Assembly: GCA_043228905.1 (NCBI GenBank)
Contig: JBHGNT010000008.1
Span: forward strand, 14,012,001-14,076,000
Reading direction: 5' to 3'
Origin: Azolla caroliniana
Taxonomy: Eukaryota; Plantae; Polypodiophyta
Length of the DNA: 64,000 nt
The notes under the pieces were generated by a model. The model was not told where the DNA came from. It ran no database searches and saw nothing but the letters and a program-made list of their open reading frames with translations. Positions 26,501 through 36,292 of this stretch are shown here, piece by piece. The position numbers were made by a program, and so were the translations under genes. Positions within the stretch are counted from its first letter, which is position 1. Every line of letters starts with the position of its first letter.

Positions 26501-29040
26501 CTCCATTATGGTCCGGTTCATCCTCTCGGCCAGCCCGTTCAGTTCCGGCGTCTTCGGCACAGTAAACTCGAGCCGGATTCCCTTCGAGCGACAGTACTCC
26601 TGGAACTGCCCCCGGTATTCCCCTCCGTTATCCGCTCGTATCGCTTTCAGCTCCTTGCCGGATTCTCTTTCCACTCTCGCGTGGAGTTCTTTGAAGACGG
26701 ACAATACTTGGTCCTTTGTCTTCAACGGTGCCGTCCACAGCTTCCGGCTGTGGTCATCAATGAATGTCACGAAGTACTGGGCTCCGCCATGTGACTTCGT
26801 TTCCACTTGACACACGTCAGTGTGCACCAACTCCAATGGTGCGCTACGTCTCGTCGGTGGCCTTGAGTGGAAGGAGGTTCGGTTCTGCTTACCGGCCAGG
26901 CAATTGGTGCACTTCTCCAGGTGCACATGCTTCACTGGAATGAGGTTGTCATCTGCAAGCCTCTTCATCCCCTTCTCACTCATGTGGCACAGTCTCTTGT
27001 GCCACAGCTCACCGGCAGTGTCGGCTGCCACATTCAGCTCTTCCGGACATAACCGGGCATTCATCAGGTACAGTGTGTTGACCTTCCGGGCCCGAGCCAC
27101 TATCAGGCTCCCTTTGCTGAACTTCATGACACCGTTCCGGATGCTACCCGTGTAGCCTTCATCGTCTAGCCTCCCAGCCGAAATCAGGTTCAATCGAACC
27201 TCCGGAACGTGTCGAACATCCTTCAGCAGCATTTTGCATCCGGTTGATGTCATCAGCCACACGTCTCCTATGCCGGCAATCCGGCACGTACCTTCATTTC
27301 CCATCCGGACACAGCCATGCTCACCGGCTGTGTAGGATGAGAAGTATTTCTTCTCCGGGGTCAGGTGGAACGACGCTCCGGAATCGACCACCCAGGTCAT
27401 CTCTTCTCCGGCAAGGTTCAGCTCCCTCTCTTCGGTAATGAGCATTATCTCTTCTTCACTTGCCGCGAGTGCCGTCGTTCCTTTCCGGTCCTGCCCTCGC
27501 CGATCCGGACCTCTCCGGTCCGTGGCTCCCCGGTATGCACCGTTTCGCTCCGGTGACTTCTTCGAATCGGTGTCGTCGGCTCCGTTGTCTTTTCGGTAAT
27601 GCCGACAATTCTTCCGAAAGTGCCCCGGCTTCCCACAGTGGAAGCATGTGGGCCTTCCTCTTGACTGCGACCGGGTCCCCGACTTCTCCCGTCTCTGCGG
27701 ACTCCGGTTCCATTGTCTTCCCCGTTCCGATTCGGTAAGCAGCGCCTTCGAGTCGGAGACCGGTTCTTTATCTCTCCGACGCGCTTCTTCGTTCAAAATA
27801 CTTGTCTTTACCGTTTGTAGAGACAAGTTATCTTCGGTGCAGGAGGTGCTAAGAGTCACCACCAAGTTCTCCCAGCTTTCCGGCAATGTACACATCAGAA
27901 TGATGGCTTGCATTGCATCCTCCAACGGGAACTTGATCGCCGCAAGCTGGTTCACGAATCCCATGAACGTGCTTACGTGTTCCACCATGCTCTCGCCGTC
28001 ACGGTACTTGAGGTTCACTATCTTCCTCATCAGGGAGGTCCGGTTCAACGCATTCTTCCTCTCGTAGAGGCCCGACAGCTTCCGCCACATCTCATATGCG
28101 TTGGTGTCGTTCGCCACATGTTGTAGAACGCTCACGTCGACGTATTGCCGAATGGTTGCAACGGCTTTCCGGTTCAGAAGCCTCCATTCCGTCTCAAGTA
28201 CCCCCTTGGGTATTTCCGACCTGTCGATCGGTTCATACAGATCCCGAACAATGAGCAGGTCCTCCATCTTTAGTTCTGCGCATTCAGCACCATCATCCCC
28301 GGCTGCCCGCTGCCGCCGCCTTCCATTTTCTGTGTCACCGTCGCTCTGATACCACTTTGTTGAACACCGCGCTCGGCCACAACCGAGAAATAGGATCAAA
28401 TCACAGAAAACAGGAAATACGAAATGCTCCAAGACAATAGAGAGAAGAGTACACAGTATGTTTTACGTGGAAAACCCTAAATGGGAAAAACCACGTGAGT
28501 CCTCAAACTCCAACTCACACTATACACAGAGATGTACAATGGTGAAGCTACAAGGCAACAACCTTGAGCTCACTGTCTTCGCCACAGGCGGCGGCAATAC
28601 ACAGAGGCGTCGACCTCTTCCTTTTTCTCTCTCTCTCTCGGCTGCTCTCACTTCGCTCTCTCGGCTAGAACATAAAATGAGCAACAACAAGAAACTGTTT
28701 GCCCTAAGTCATATTTATACACATATGACTTTCGGGCTATTTACAAATATAGCCTCAAGGGCTCTTGGCAAACATATTCACAAATATGTCCCCGCATCCG
28801 GATCTCTCTCCGGGTACACTCATCATCCGGCTCCGTAGCCGGGGTCTTCATCATCCGGCTCCGTAGCCGGGTCTTCGTCATCCGGCTCCGTAACCGGGTC
28901 TTCGTCATCCGGCTCCGTAACCGGGGTCTCTTCATCCAGCTTCATGCCGGGTACTATTCATCATCCGGTTCCGTAACCGGAACCGGGCTTGCCGTCATTC
29001 ATCTCCGGACATCCCATCCGGAGGGACCGAAATCCCAACA
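23576..29040 (-). mobile_element. Young full-length Ty1/Copia D2 (same family as D1)
   Basis: LTRs 28358-29040 and 23576-24258 (683 bp each, 2 substitutions seen), TSD CATAT, Met PBS, PPT; inserted in the 3' LTR of C. Confidence 0.97.
24269..28267 (-). CDS. D2 Gag-Pol polyprotein, open for 1332 aa from an internal ATG; native start disrupted by a 16-nt deletion
   Basis: Continuous gag-PR-IN-RT-RH frame. The native ATG at 28326 now gives an 18-aa uORF ending in TAA 2 nt before the ATG at 28267. Confidence 0.9.
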   Translation of the reverse strand: MEDLLIVRDLYEPIDRSEIPKGVLETEWRLLNRKAVATIRQYVDVSVLQHVANDTNAYEMWRKLSGLYERKNALNRTSLMRKIVNLKYRDGESMVEHVSTFMGFVNQLAAIKFPLEDAMQAIILMCTLPESWENLVVTLSTSCTEDNLSLQTVKTSILNEEARRRDKEPVSDSKALLTESERGRQWNRSPQRREKSGTRSQSRGRPTCFHCGKPGHFRKNCRHYRKDNGADDTDSKKSPERNGAYRGATDRRGPDRRGQDRKGTTALAASEEEIMLITEERELNLAGEEMTWVVDSGASFHLTPEKKYFSSYTAGEHGCVRMGNEGTCRIAGIGDVWLMTSTGCKMLLKDVRHVPEVRLNLISAGRLDDEGYTGSIRNGVMKFSKGSLIVARARKVNTLYLMNARLCPEELNVAADTAGELWHKRLCHMSEKGMKRLADDNLIPVKHVHLEKCTNCLAGKQNRTSFHSRPPTRRSAPLELVHTDVCQVETKSHGGAQYFVTFIDDHSRKLWTAPLKTKDQVLSVFKELHARVERESGKELKAIRADNGGEYRGQFQEYCRSKGIRLEFTVPKTPELNGLAERMNRTIMERVRSMLAHAKLPKGFWAEAMSTATYVINRSPSVPLDGDTPQKVWTGKEVSYRHLKVFGCLAYVHVAKDRRGKLDPKTRPCIFLGYGDDEFGYRVWDPVDKKIFRSRDIIFMEDKTLADWESEKKMKSSKSTGEDKLYEEQSRPVRDRLALEDPAEDGEETEPAEEDEPDTGTGPDPEMDSDEEESEEPVTEAPERRYPLRERRAPRRFPEPEHVLLTDEGEPESFEEAKHDTHSRRWLSAMQEEMDSLHENHTYELVELPKGKRALRNKWVFKLKPGDAGNPPRYKARIVVKGFQQKKGVDFDEIFAPVVKMTSIRTVLSIAASMDLEVEQMDVKTTFLHGDLEEEIYMQQPEGFEKKEKEHLVCRLKKSLYGLKQAPRQWYRKFDSFMTEEGYYKTQSDHCVFVKKFEGRDFLILLLYVDDMLIVGRDQVKIRMLKKALHRTFSMKDLGPARQILGMHIIRDRKKKQLWLSQEKYVTKVLQRFNMTEARPVGSTLPTNCKLSGKQSPKTKAEKEDMMKVPYASAVGSLMYAMVCTRPDIGYAVGVVSRYMSNPGKEHWNAVKWILRYLKGTANVCLRFGSGKSELDGFTDSDMSADADTSRSTSGYVMTYAGGAVSWQSRLQKTVALSTTEAEYMAAVEAGKEIIWMKDFIRELGIRQEEYRLYCDSQSAIHLAKNAAYHSRTKHIQRRYHWIRERIEDQEFVLTKIHTDENGSDMLTKVLTPDKLEACRKRIGLERHPMPK

Positions 29041-32000
29041 CATATGCATGGGTGACACTTGGCACCCATGCATCCACCTTCCTAATACATGGGTAACACT
29101 TGTCATTCATGCCCCCACTTTTTCATGCATGGGTGACACTTGGCACCCATGCACCCACCTTCCTCATGTATAAAAAGGGGAAGAGTAAACTTATCAAGGG
29201 GGGAATACCAGTAGAGGTCAAATACTATTGTAATTAGATAGACAAGAAAGACTATTGTAATCATCTTGATATAGCAATACAAATTCTATTTTTGTTTCTC
29301 CTCTTTCTTTGACAAGAAGTTCGGTGGGAACAAAGAGCAAGCAGAGTTCTATACTGCCTTGCATCCTCCGTGCACAACCAGATGATCGGCCACATTAGAG
29401 ATGCTAAGACACTAAAACAGGCTTGGGAAAATCTGAAAAAGATTTTCACCACAAGTACCTCAGCCCGGAAGCTACAGCTTCAGCAAGAACTGAACAATAT
29501 CCAACAAAAGGATATGTCAGTTTCAAACTACACCGCGAAGATAAAGGATATTTGCGACACCTTAGGGTTCATTGACGTCATGATAGAAGAGGATGAAATG
29601 GTGCAAATCTGCCTCGGTGGTCTGCCTCAAAGGTATGGGCCCATCCAGACCGCTATCCTCACCTGGGAGAAACCACCATCCTTCTTCAACCAGCAATCGA
29701 TGTTGATGGTCAAAGAAAACCACACGAGTGGGTCAAGGACCACTCAATCGGACAGCCGGATGTTGTACACGGAGACGGATCGGCCTCGTAGGCGTGTAGG
29801 ATGAGGTGGGTCGGCATGCAATGCAAGTAGCCGACAAGAGCAAAATTAGAGGCACAGAGATAGTGCCGACAGTAGTTCTAGACCCTCCACAAGCCGGGGG
29901 AGTCAAGGCGGCACCGGAAACCGGGAAGGAAAACCCTACACGGAATGCTGGTATTGTGGCAAGAAGGGCCACCGAGAGAGCGAGTGTTGGAAGAAGTGTG
30001 CTGATTCAAAGAAAACCGGATCCGGCGAGGCCGGACAAGGGAACCGGTAGAGTTCACACTACACCAAGGAATCAGAAGGATCGGAACCGATAAGACCGGA
30101 AAAGGGCCAGCCTTTCTGATGAAACACAAGGAGAACTCGATGAAGAAGACCACATCCGGATCGGAGGAAGTGTGGTATGTTGACTCCGCAGTGTCTAACC
30201 ACATGACGAGTCACGAAGAGTGGTTCTCGTTTCTGGAGAAGTCGGAGCAACCAGGTGTTGTCGAGACCAGAGACGACACTCCTCACCATATTGTGCATGT
30301 CGGAAAAGTTCCCCAAAGTCATGTTTGACAAAAGGGGAAGCTTATGAACATGCTTCACATCCCGACAATCACACAAAGAACCTGGTGTCGGTCAGACAGA
30401 TCATCGACCAGGGGATGCAGGTGTGATCTCTGACACAAGCGGATCGGCCACGTCAACTATCAAAGTCTTCAAGACCTGCAATCGAAACAGGTTGTTTTCG
30501 GATTGCCGAAATTTAGTGGCGGGAAGGCCCAAATATGTGAAGCCTGCCAGCTTGGGAAGCAACACCGGTTTTCATTCCCCGCCGAAAGAAACTGGAGTCG
30601 TAACAATCTCGGTCTAATACATTCAGATGTATGGGAACCAACACAGAACGTTAGTCTTAGTGGGAGTCGATATTTCATCTCTTTCATCAATGACTACAGC
30701 CGGCACACCTGGATCTACCTCATCAAGAAGAAAAGCGAAGTCTTCGACTGTTTCTGGAACTTGCAAAGTCTTGTCGAACGGGAAACGGAGAGGAAGATCA
30801 AGTGCATGCGGTCAGATGGCGGAAAAGAATTCTTTTCCAACGAATTCAACAGTTATTTGCAACATAGAGAAATTCAGAGAGCATTGAGCTGCAGATACAC
30901 ACCAGAACAAAACGGTGTGGCCAAAAGAAAGAACTAGTCAATTGTGGAGGCGACACAGGCAATGCTAGAAGAGAAGAGCATGCCCAAGTTCTACTAGGCC
31001 AAAGCGGTCCGAACGGCTGTCTACATCCAAAACCGAATCGGAGATAAGGTGTCAACACATGAGGTGTATTTTGGGCGAAAGCCGAATTTAAGGCACCTTA
31101 AGATATTCTGTAGCATTGTATATGTGCATGTGTCGGATGAGAAGCAAACAAAGCTGGACCTGAAGTCAGAGAAGTGCATCCTTGTTGGCTACTCACATGA
31201 GCAAAAGGGTTATAAGTGTTATAACCCCCGAACAAAACAAGTTCGAGTGAGCCGAGATGTCAAAATTGATGAGTTGGCATCATGGTACTCTCTATCGACT
31301 CCAATGTCCGAATCCGACCCGATTCCGGAGGATGAGACCAATGAGCCTAAAATGATCCGGGCAGAAGCTAAAGACGGATTTGGTACTCTAGATGAGAGTC
31401 TGATCTCATTTTGGCTAAGTGGGCCGAATGAAGCACTGGGAGCCAAAGGAGAGGACCGGCTACCACAGACGCTGACACCACGATCCGACCTCAAGTTGAG
31501 CGTTGGGCGGACAAGCTCAACCGGATCCGGATCGGCTGAACAAGCCAGAGCCGGATCGGAGTCCGGAACGGAGAACCAAATCAGTGTCCGGATCAGTATC
31601 CGGAACCAGGAGCCGGATCAGAGAGTTGGATTGGATTGTAACCGGTAGACTGTTAGAGGCCTACGAATCTAGCCTAGTACATAGACAGATTCCTTGGAGT
31701 CAGTGTCAATCGCTCGTATGAGAATTGAAGTATTTGTCAGTACTTCCGCCAATCCTTTTAAGGACTTGAATAAAAATTGTTGTGTAGGACATTGTATGTA
31801 CAGAGTGTTATTATTTTGAGTTGAGTTTTATGTTGTTTTGCTCTCTCTGTCTCTGTGCTTCAAGATTCCATTAAACCTGGTCTCTGTTTTTTGTTGCTAT
31901 CCGGATAAAGCAGTTTGTCAAAGCTTCCGCATATTAACTTTAACAGCTAGATTTAGTCCATTGGGTCATCTCTCTATTAAGTAGTGTGTGCGCGCGGGAG

Positions 32001-35000
32001 TGACAGAGTGGGTAGTGCGTCCCCATTGTGCACTCGACCGCCGAATGACCCGGATTCAAGCACATTGTGCACTGCACAACCTGCCAAAATCAGAGTTCTT
32101 CTTCTTTCGGCAAGGTGTGTTGCAGTGATGCCATTGATTGGTTGTTGCTAGCTTGGGTGTTGTCCATATTTAATACACGATCAATTACTTGTTCGATCGA
32201 GTTTTGTGAAAATTCGAGCACCACCAAGGTCATTTGGAGTGGCTCCCTAAGAGCTTCGAGAAATGTATCTTTGAGTTGGTCAGTCGGGAATTATTGTGCC
32301 AATTGTCATCTTAGGTTTTGGAACTGAATTGTGAGGTTCATGTGACACTATGTAGAATTGGCTCATTAGTTCCCACTTTGGGATACGCCGATGGAAGAGC
32401 CAAATAAATCTGTCCTTGAGCTCCTGAAATGACTAGAACTCTCCCAAGTCATGTTGTGAATACCAGTTTGTTGCTTGTCCGTCAAGTGACAAGCCGAACT
32501 CAGTGATTTTCAATGCATCTGCATCGGCCATAGTTAGGCATTGCGACACATGGTTGGCTTGCCATGTTGTGAGGAAAGTGCAAACATGTGCCTCAGCATC
32601 GGCTTCCTCATTGTATCTAGGATAAGGGTATGGCATTGTGTCGATTTCTAAGTCCTCCAGAACCCCCCGAGGTGGGCTACAATCTTCGGGGTGTTCAACC
32701 TCGAAACTACTGCCATTGCTCGATACTAGATCAGGAAGCGTTGTTGACTGGGCTTCTGCTTCCTGGAGATGTTGCTTAGTGAGTGTGGATTCTATCACAC
32801 TCTCCTCTTTTTCTGCATGTCGGGACTCTATCTGAGTGTGTAGTCCCTTGTGGCGCGTTGTTCCTGTGACTAGATCCTCCTCCTTTGCTTGTTCGTTGTG
32901 TACTGACAGCTCAAACCGGGCATGCCAAATTGTGTTACCCCCCTCTGGGGGAACACACTCTCAATTACTACTCTCGAGTAACCGGACCAAGGTATTGCGG
33001 TGGGAAGGAGGGAAAGAGCTTCGGATCATTTCGTCGACTGTGGACTCAGTCGAATACCAGAGTTAGGGGTAACTTTATTACGGGGAATCTGAGATATCTC
33101 ACTTTGAGGATAGTTGGATGGACTTCCCATGTATGATTAACGACAAGTAAAAGTAGTTATCCATGAGTATAACGTCAAGTGGGGAAGCTTGTATCGTTAA
33201 ATGAAGATGCAAAGAAATAAAATAAAGGAAATCCTTTCACCTTACATTCTAAACATAATGTCAAGTGATCATGGAAGCGTGACAATGTTAACACTAGTTG
33301 GAGGTTGGTTAGGTACTCTCATTGTGCATACATGTTAGAGTCTAACTTATTAAATAAGCAAAACACCTCCTAGCAACAAAGTGAGACGGACCCGAACCTC
33401 CTTGATGTCCCATACCATCAAGGGTTATGCGAATACAGACCCGAACCTCCATGTCACATACCATCAAAAGGTTATGTGAGTCGTACCTTGAGTTCCGCAT
33501 GGATTGCACATGCTTAGCTAACAAGATTCATAACCACACTGTCATAGCTAGCCTTCTTATATAAGCAAAAACTCTAGGCCCTAGTGTATTCACACTTCAC
33601 TACTTTATGCGAGGTAGTCAAGTGGTACCACACTTAATAGTTATCCCACACTATAAAATTGATACCATCATTCCTTTCAGAATTAACCCATACGCACTGT
33701 CTCATCATAAGATTAGGGAAAACTATATAAAACATATTTCATGATCAATTATGATTATGCACTTAACAATACCCATTATTATACTTACCTATTCCCAAGT
33801 TCGCCTACCATTTAAGGCCAAGGAATACAACTATAAACTCTAACTTCACTATTTATTCCTTCAATGTAGTCTTATGGCCATGTGTATATCGGGCTACCCT
33901 TGGAATAGGAGAGGATCATGATTACATGATTTTTGGGATGCTACTATTGTGGTCATTGGTGAAGGGTTGCTAAAATCATGCTATAAAAGACTTGAGATCT
34001 AAAGAATTTCTAGTAGAGTAAGGGTCAATGCTTTATCACATGTAGCCTTATGTGTGTGAGAGAGAGAGGGAGGTGAGCACTAATGGAAGCCTTCCACTTC
34101 TGGAAGCTCCGTTATGACCCATTAGATTTGGCTCTAGCATTGACCAATCCTCACGCCTAATTGATGACCCATTCTTGAGTATTTACAAATTATAGAAAGA
34201 AATTAATATTTAAGAGATCATTGTACAAAATTGGTTATCTTTTATTATGGGTTCTATTTAATATCACTCTTGTTCACAAAATTTGCTCCAGGGCCAACAT
34301 AAGAGAAAAAGAAGCAACATACAGGTGTACTCAATTATTATGTTGATTATCGTTTTATTGCATGTACTCGATTCAAGTTATTGTTTCCAAAGATATGCTA
34401 TCAATCTTGTTAGTGTCAATATATGATTCTTAAGCATTCAAATTTTGAGAAAATAACAACCACTGGTGTATGAATAAACAAGGAACATAATAAATACTTC
34501 CCCAGATGGTCAACCATATTACATCCAAAAAGTCCATTCAATCCTTGTAAGTAGAAACGAAACACTCCATTTTTTGAAAACGTAATTAGCACAAATTCGC
34601 ATAATCGCAACAATGAAAAGACTATTATTTCTTAGCAAGTCTGAGTAATAACCAGATAATTGTCAACTACTTCTTTATAAACATAATTAAGATAAAAAAT
34701 TGACACAATTAAACATGATGGAGTTTGTTTGTTCATTTATTCACACTTCATTACATTAATATTAGATTTGTAAAACAAAAAGTTGATCTAGTAATTTTTT
34801 GAATTTTAGATTGCTTGCACATAAACTCTTATATTTAACTTGGTATTTTCACCTGGAACTTTAATAATGAACCCATACACATTGCCAATGATAGAATGTC
34901 ACAAACGTTTTTCATATATAAATCCTCACACAAATATTCATTGAACACAAAGACAGACATTGTTGTCTTTTGCAAAGTATAAAAGCTCATAAGTCTTTGT

Positions 35001-36254
35001 AGAATGCCTTCTATGAGTAAACTTTTATTGCACACATTCACGTTCTCCTTATACACATTCCCAAGAATGAAAGTCACCAACTTTTGTGTCGCGACTTATG
35101 TGTGTAATTTTGCCAAATATAAATAAAAGTTCGTCGCAAACTTTTGTGGTACGTTTGCTTTTTATAAGATATCTTATAGCATAAGGCAAATGCACAATTG
35201 TACAAAATATAGCTTTTAAGCAAAATTACTCTTGAGCTATTCATTATGCACTTGAGATGAAATGAATTGTGAAAGTTTTGAAAACTTGTAGTGAATGAAA
35301 ATGCAAATCTTTCCCCAATTTTCATGTAACATCTTCAATAATTGTGTCCGCAAAGTTCTTAGCTTTTCATCAAGTTCTACTGCATGCTTCGAGAAAAGTG
35401 GCTTTATGTATGTCGAATATACATGTGTAGTACCCTAAATACAATGAAGGCCACATTCTTTTTAAAATTATATACACACAACGTAAAATGGCAAAACCGC
35501 TAAGATGATGGGCATGTTCCCAAATATCATTGGGATTTCTTTTTTATATCCTTGTCATTATTGAAAGCCTAATGAGGGGCATTCCAGTTTATATCTGCAA
35601 AGTGAGGGGTACCTTGATGTCTTGCCCTAAAGACAACTTTGAAAGGAGATGTGTACAACAAATGTGTAAAGGAAGTGAGTTATGACAGTTAAATTACTTC
35701 TAATTGTATACATATATTGAATGAAGCTTCTTAGAAAGACAAACAACGAATATGGACAAAATATAAATGAAACAATTATTAGAGGGGCCATGTTTGAGAT
35801 GTTTTCCATACCTGAGTCTTTGGGTGCCATAAATACACTATAAAGGCAACCTTTAGTTCTCCATAGAAAGGCATCCTTCACATGTAAGACTTTCAAACTT
35901 TGTAAGGTTTATATTCAAATAACTAAATAATCACTTAAAATACCGTATGATGTTAATGTGGGGCTAAGTAATTAAACACAATACCATGATATAAAACTAT
36001 CGGCGAGTCTCTCCAATACTGTGATAATGGCGATAATTATCCTTCAATAAATAAAGAAAAACAAATATGTTATCAATAATAGAAGTGATTCATTAGTGAA
36101 GTGATTTATATGCCATTTTGTATCTTGGCAGTATGGTATTCAATGCAACGAAGTGATGTATATTCTACTTTGTGTATTGGTGTTATGGGATTTAATACTC
36201 TAGACTCATTATACAACATTTGATGCATTATCTCCATAAAGGTACTACAAATAA

Positions 36255-36256
<2 letters not shown>

Positions 36257-36290
<34 letters not shown>
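36257..36290. repeat. (TG)n microsatellite
   Basis: Visible directly in the sequence. Confidence 0.95.

Positions 36291-36292
<2 letters not shown>

Larger units (their letters stand above)
14815..29326 (+). mobile_element. Non-autonomous Gypsy-like element C (gag-PR only), carrying two Copia insertions
   Basis: 5' LTR 14815-15389; PBS TGGTGAACCTGACATG 15391-15406; gag 15404-15894 resumes at 21375 (LKEFE|ARYNQL); CIWCDRVDH; PR LIDHGSEINLIS ~22705; PPT AGAGGGGGGGA before the 3' LTR (23221-23575 plus 29046-29326, truncated). Confidence 0.85.
14106..31945 (+). mobile_element. Non-autonomous Ty1/Copia element B (gag-PR-IN, RT/RNase H deleted), interrupted by element C
   Basis: LTRs 14106-14554 and 31501-31945; TSD GCTAT/GCTAG; PBS TGGTATCAAAGC at 14555. 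gag starts at 14642 and resumes at ~29325 (EFLV|WEQRASRVLYC). Same family as the element at 1-3503. Confidence 0.88.
13734..33140 (-). mobile_element. Old Gypsy element E (outermost host of the nest; remnants 13734-14105 and 31946-~33140)
   Basis: gag 32433..32798 homologous to F gag, zinc-knuckle remnants ~32000-32080, split by the Copia B TSD. Its own LTR is not resolved. Confidence 0.65.

Noticed and set aside
28268-28432. N-terminal 55 aa of the 1387-aa ORF call
   Set aside because: It reads through LTR and PBS from a non-ATG start and is open only because of the 16-nt deletion.
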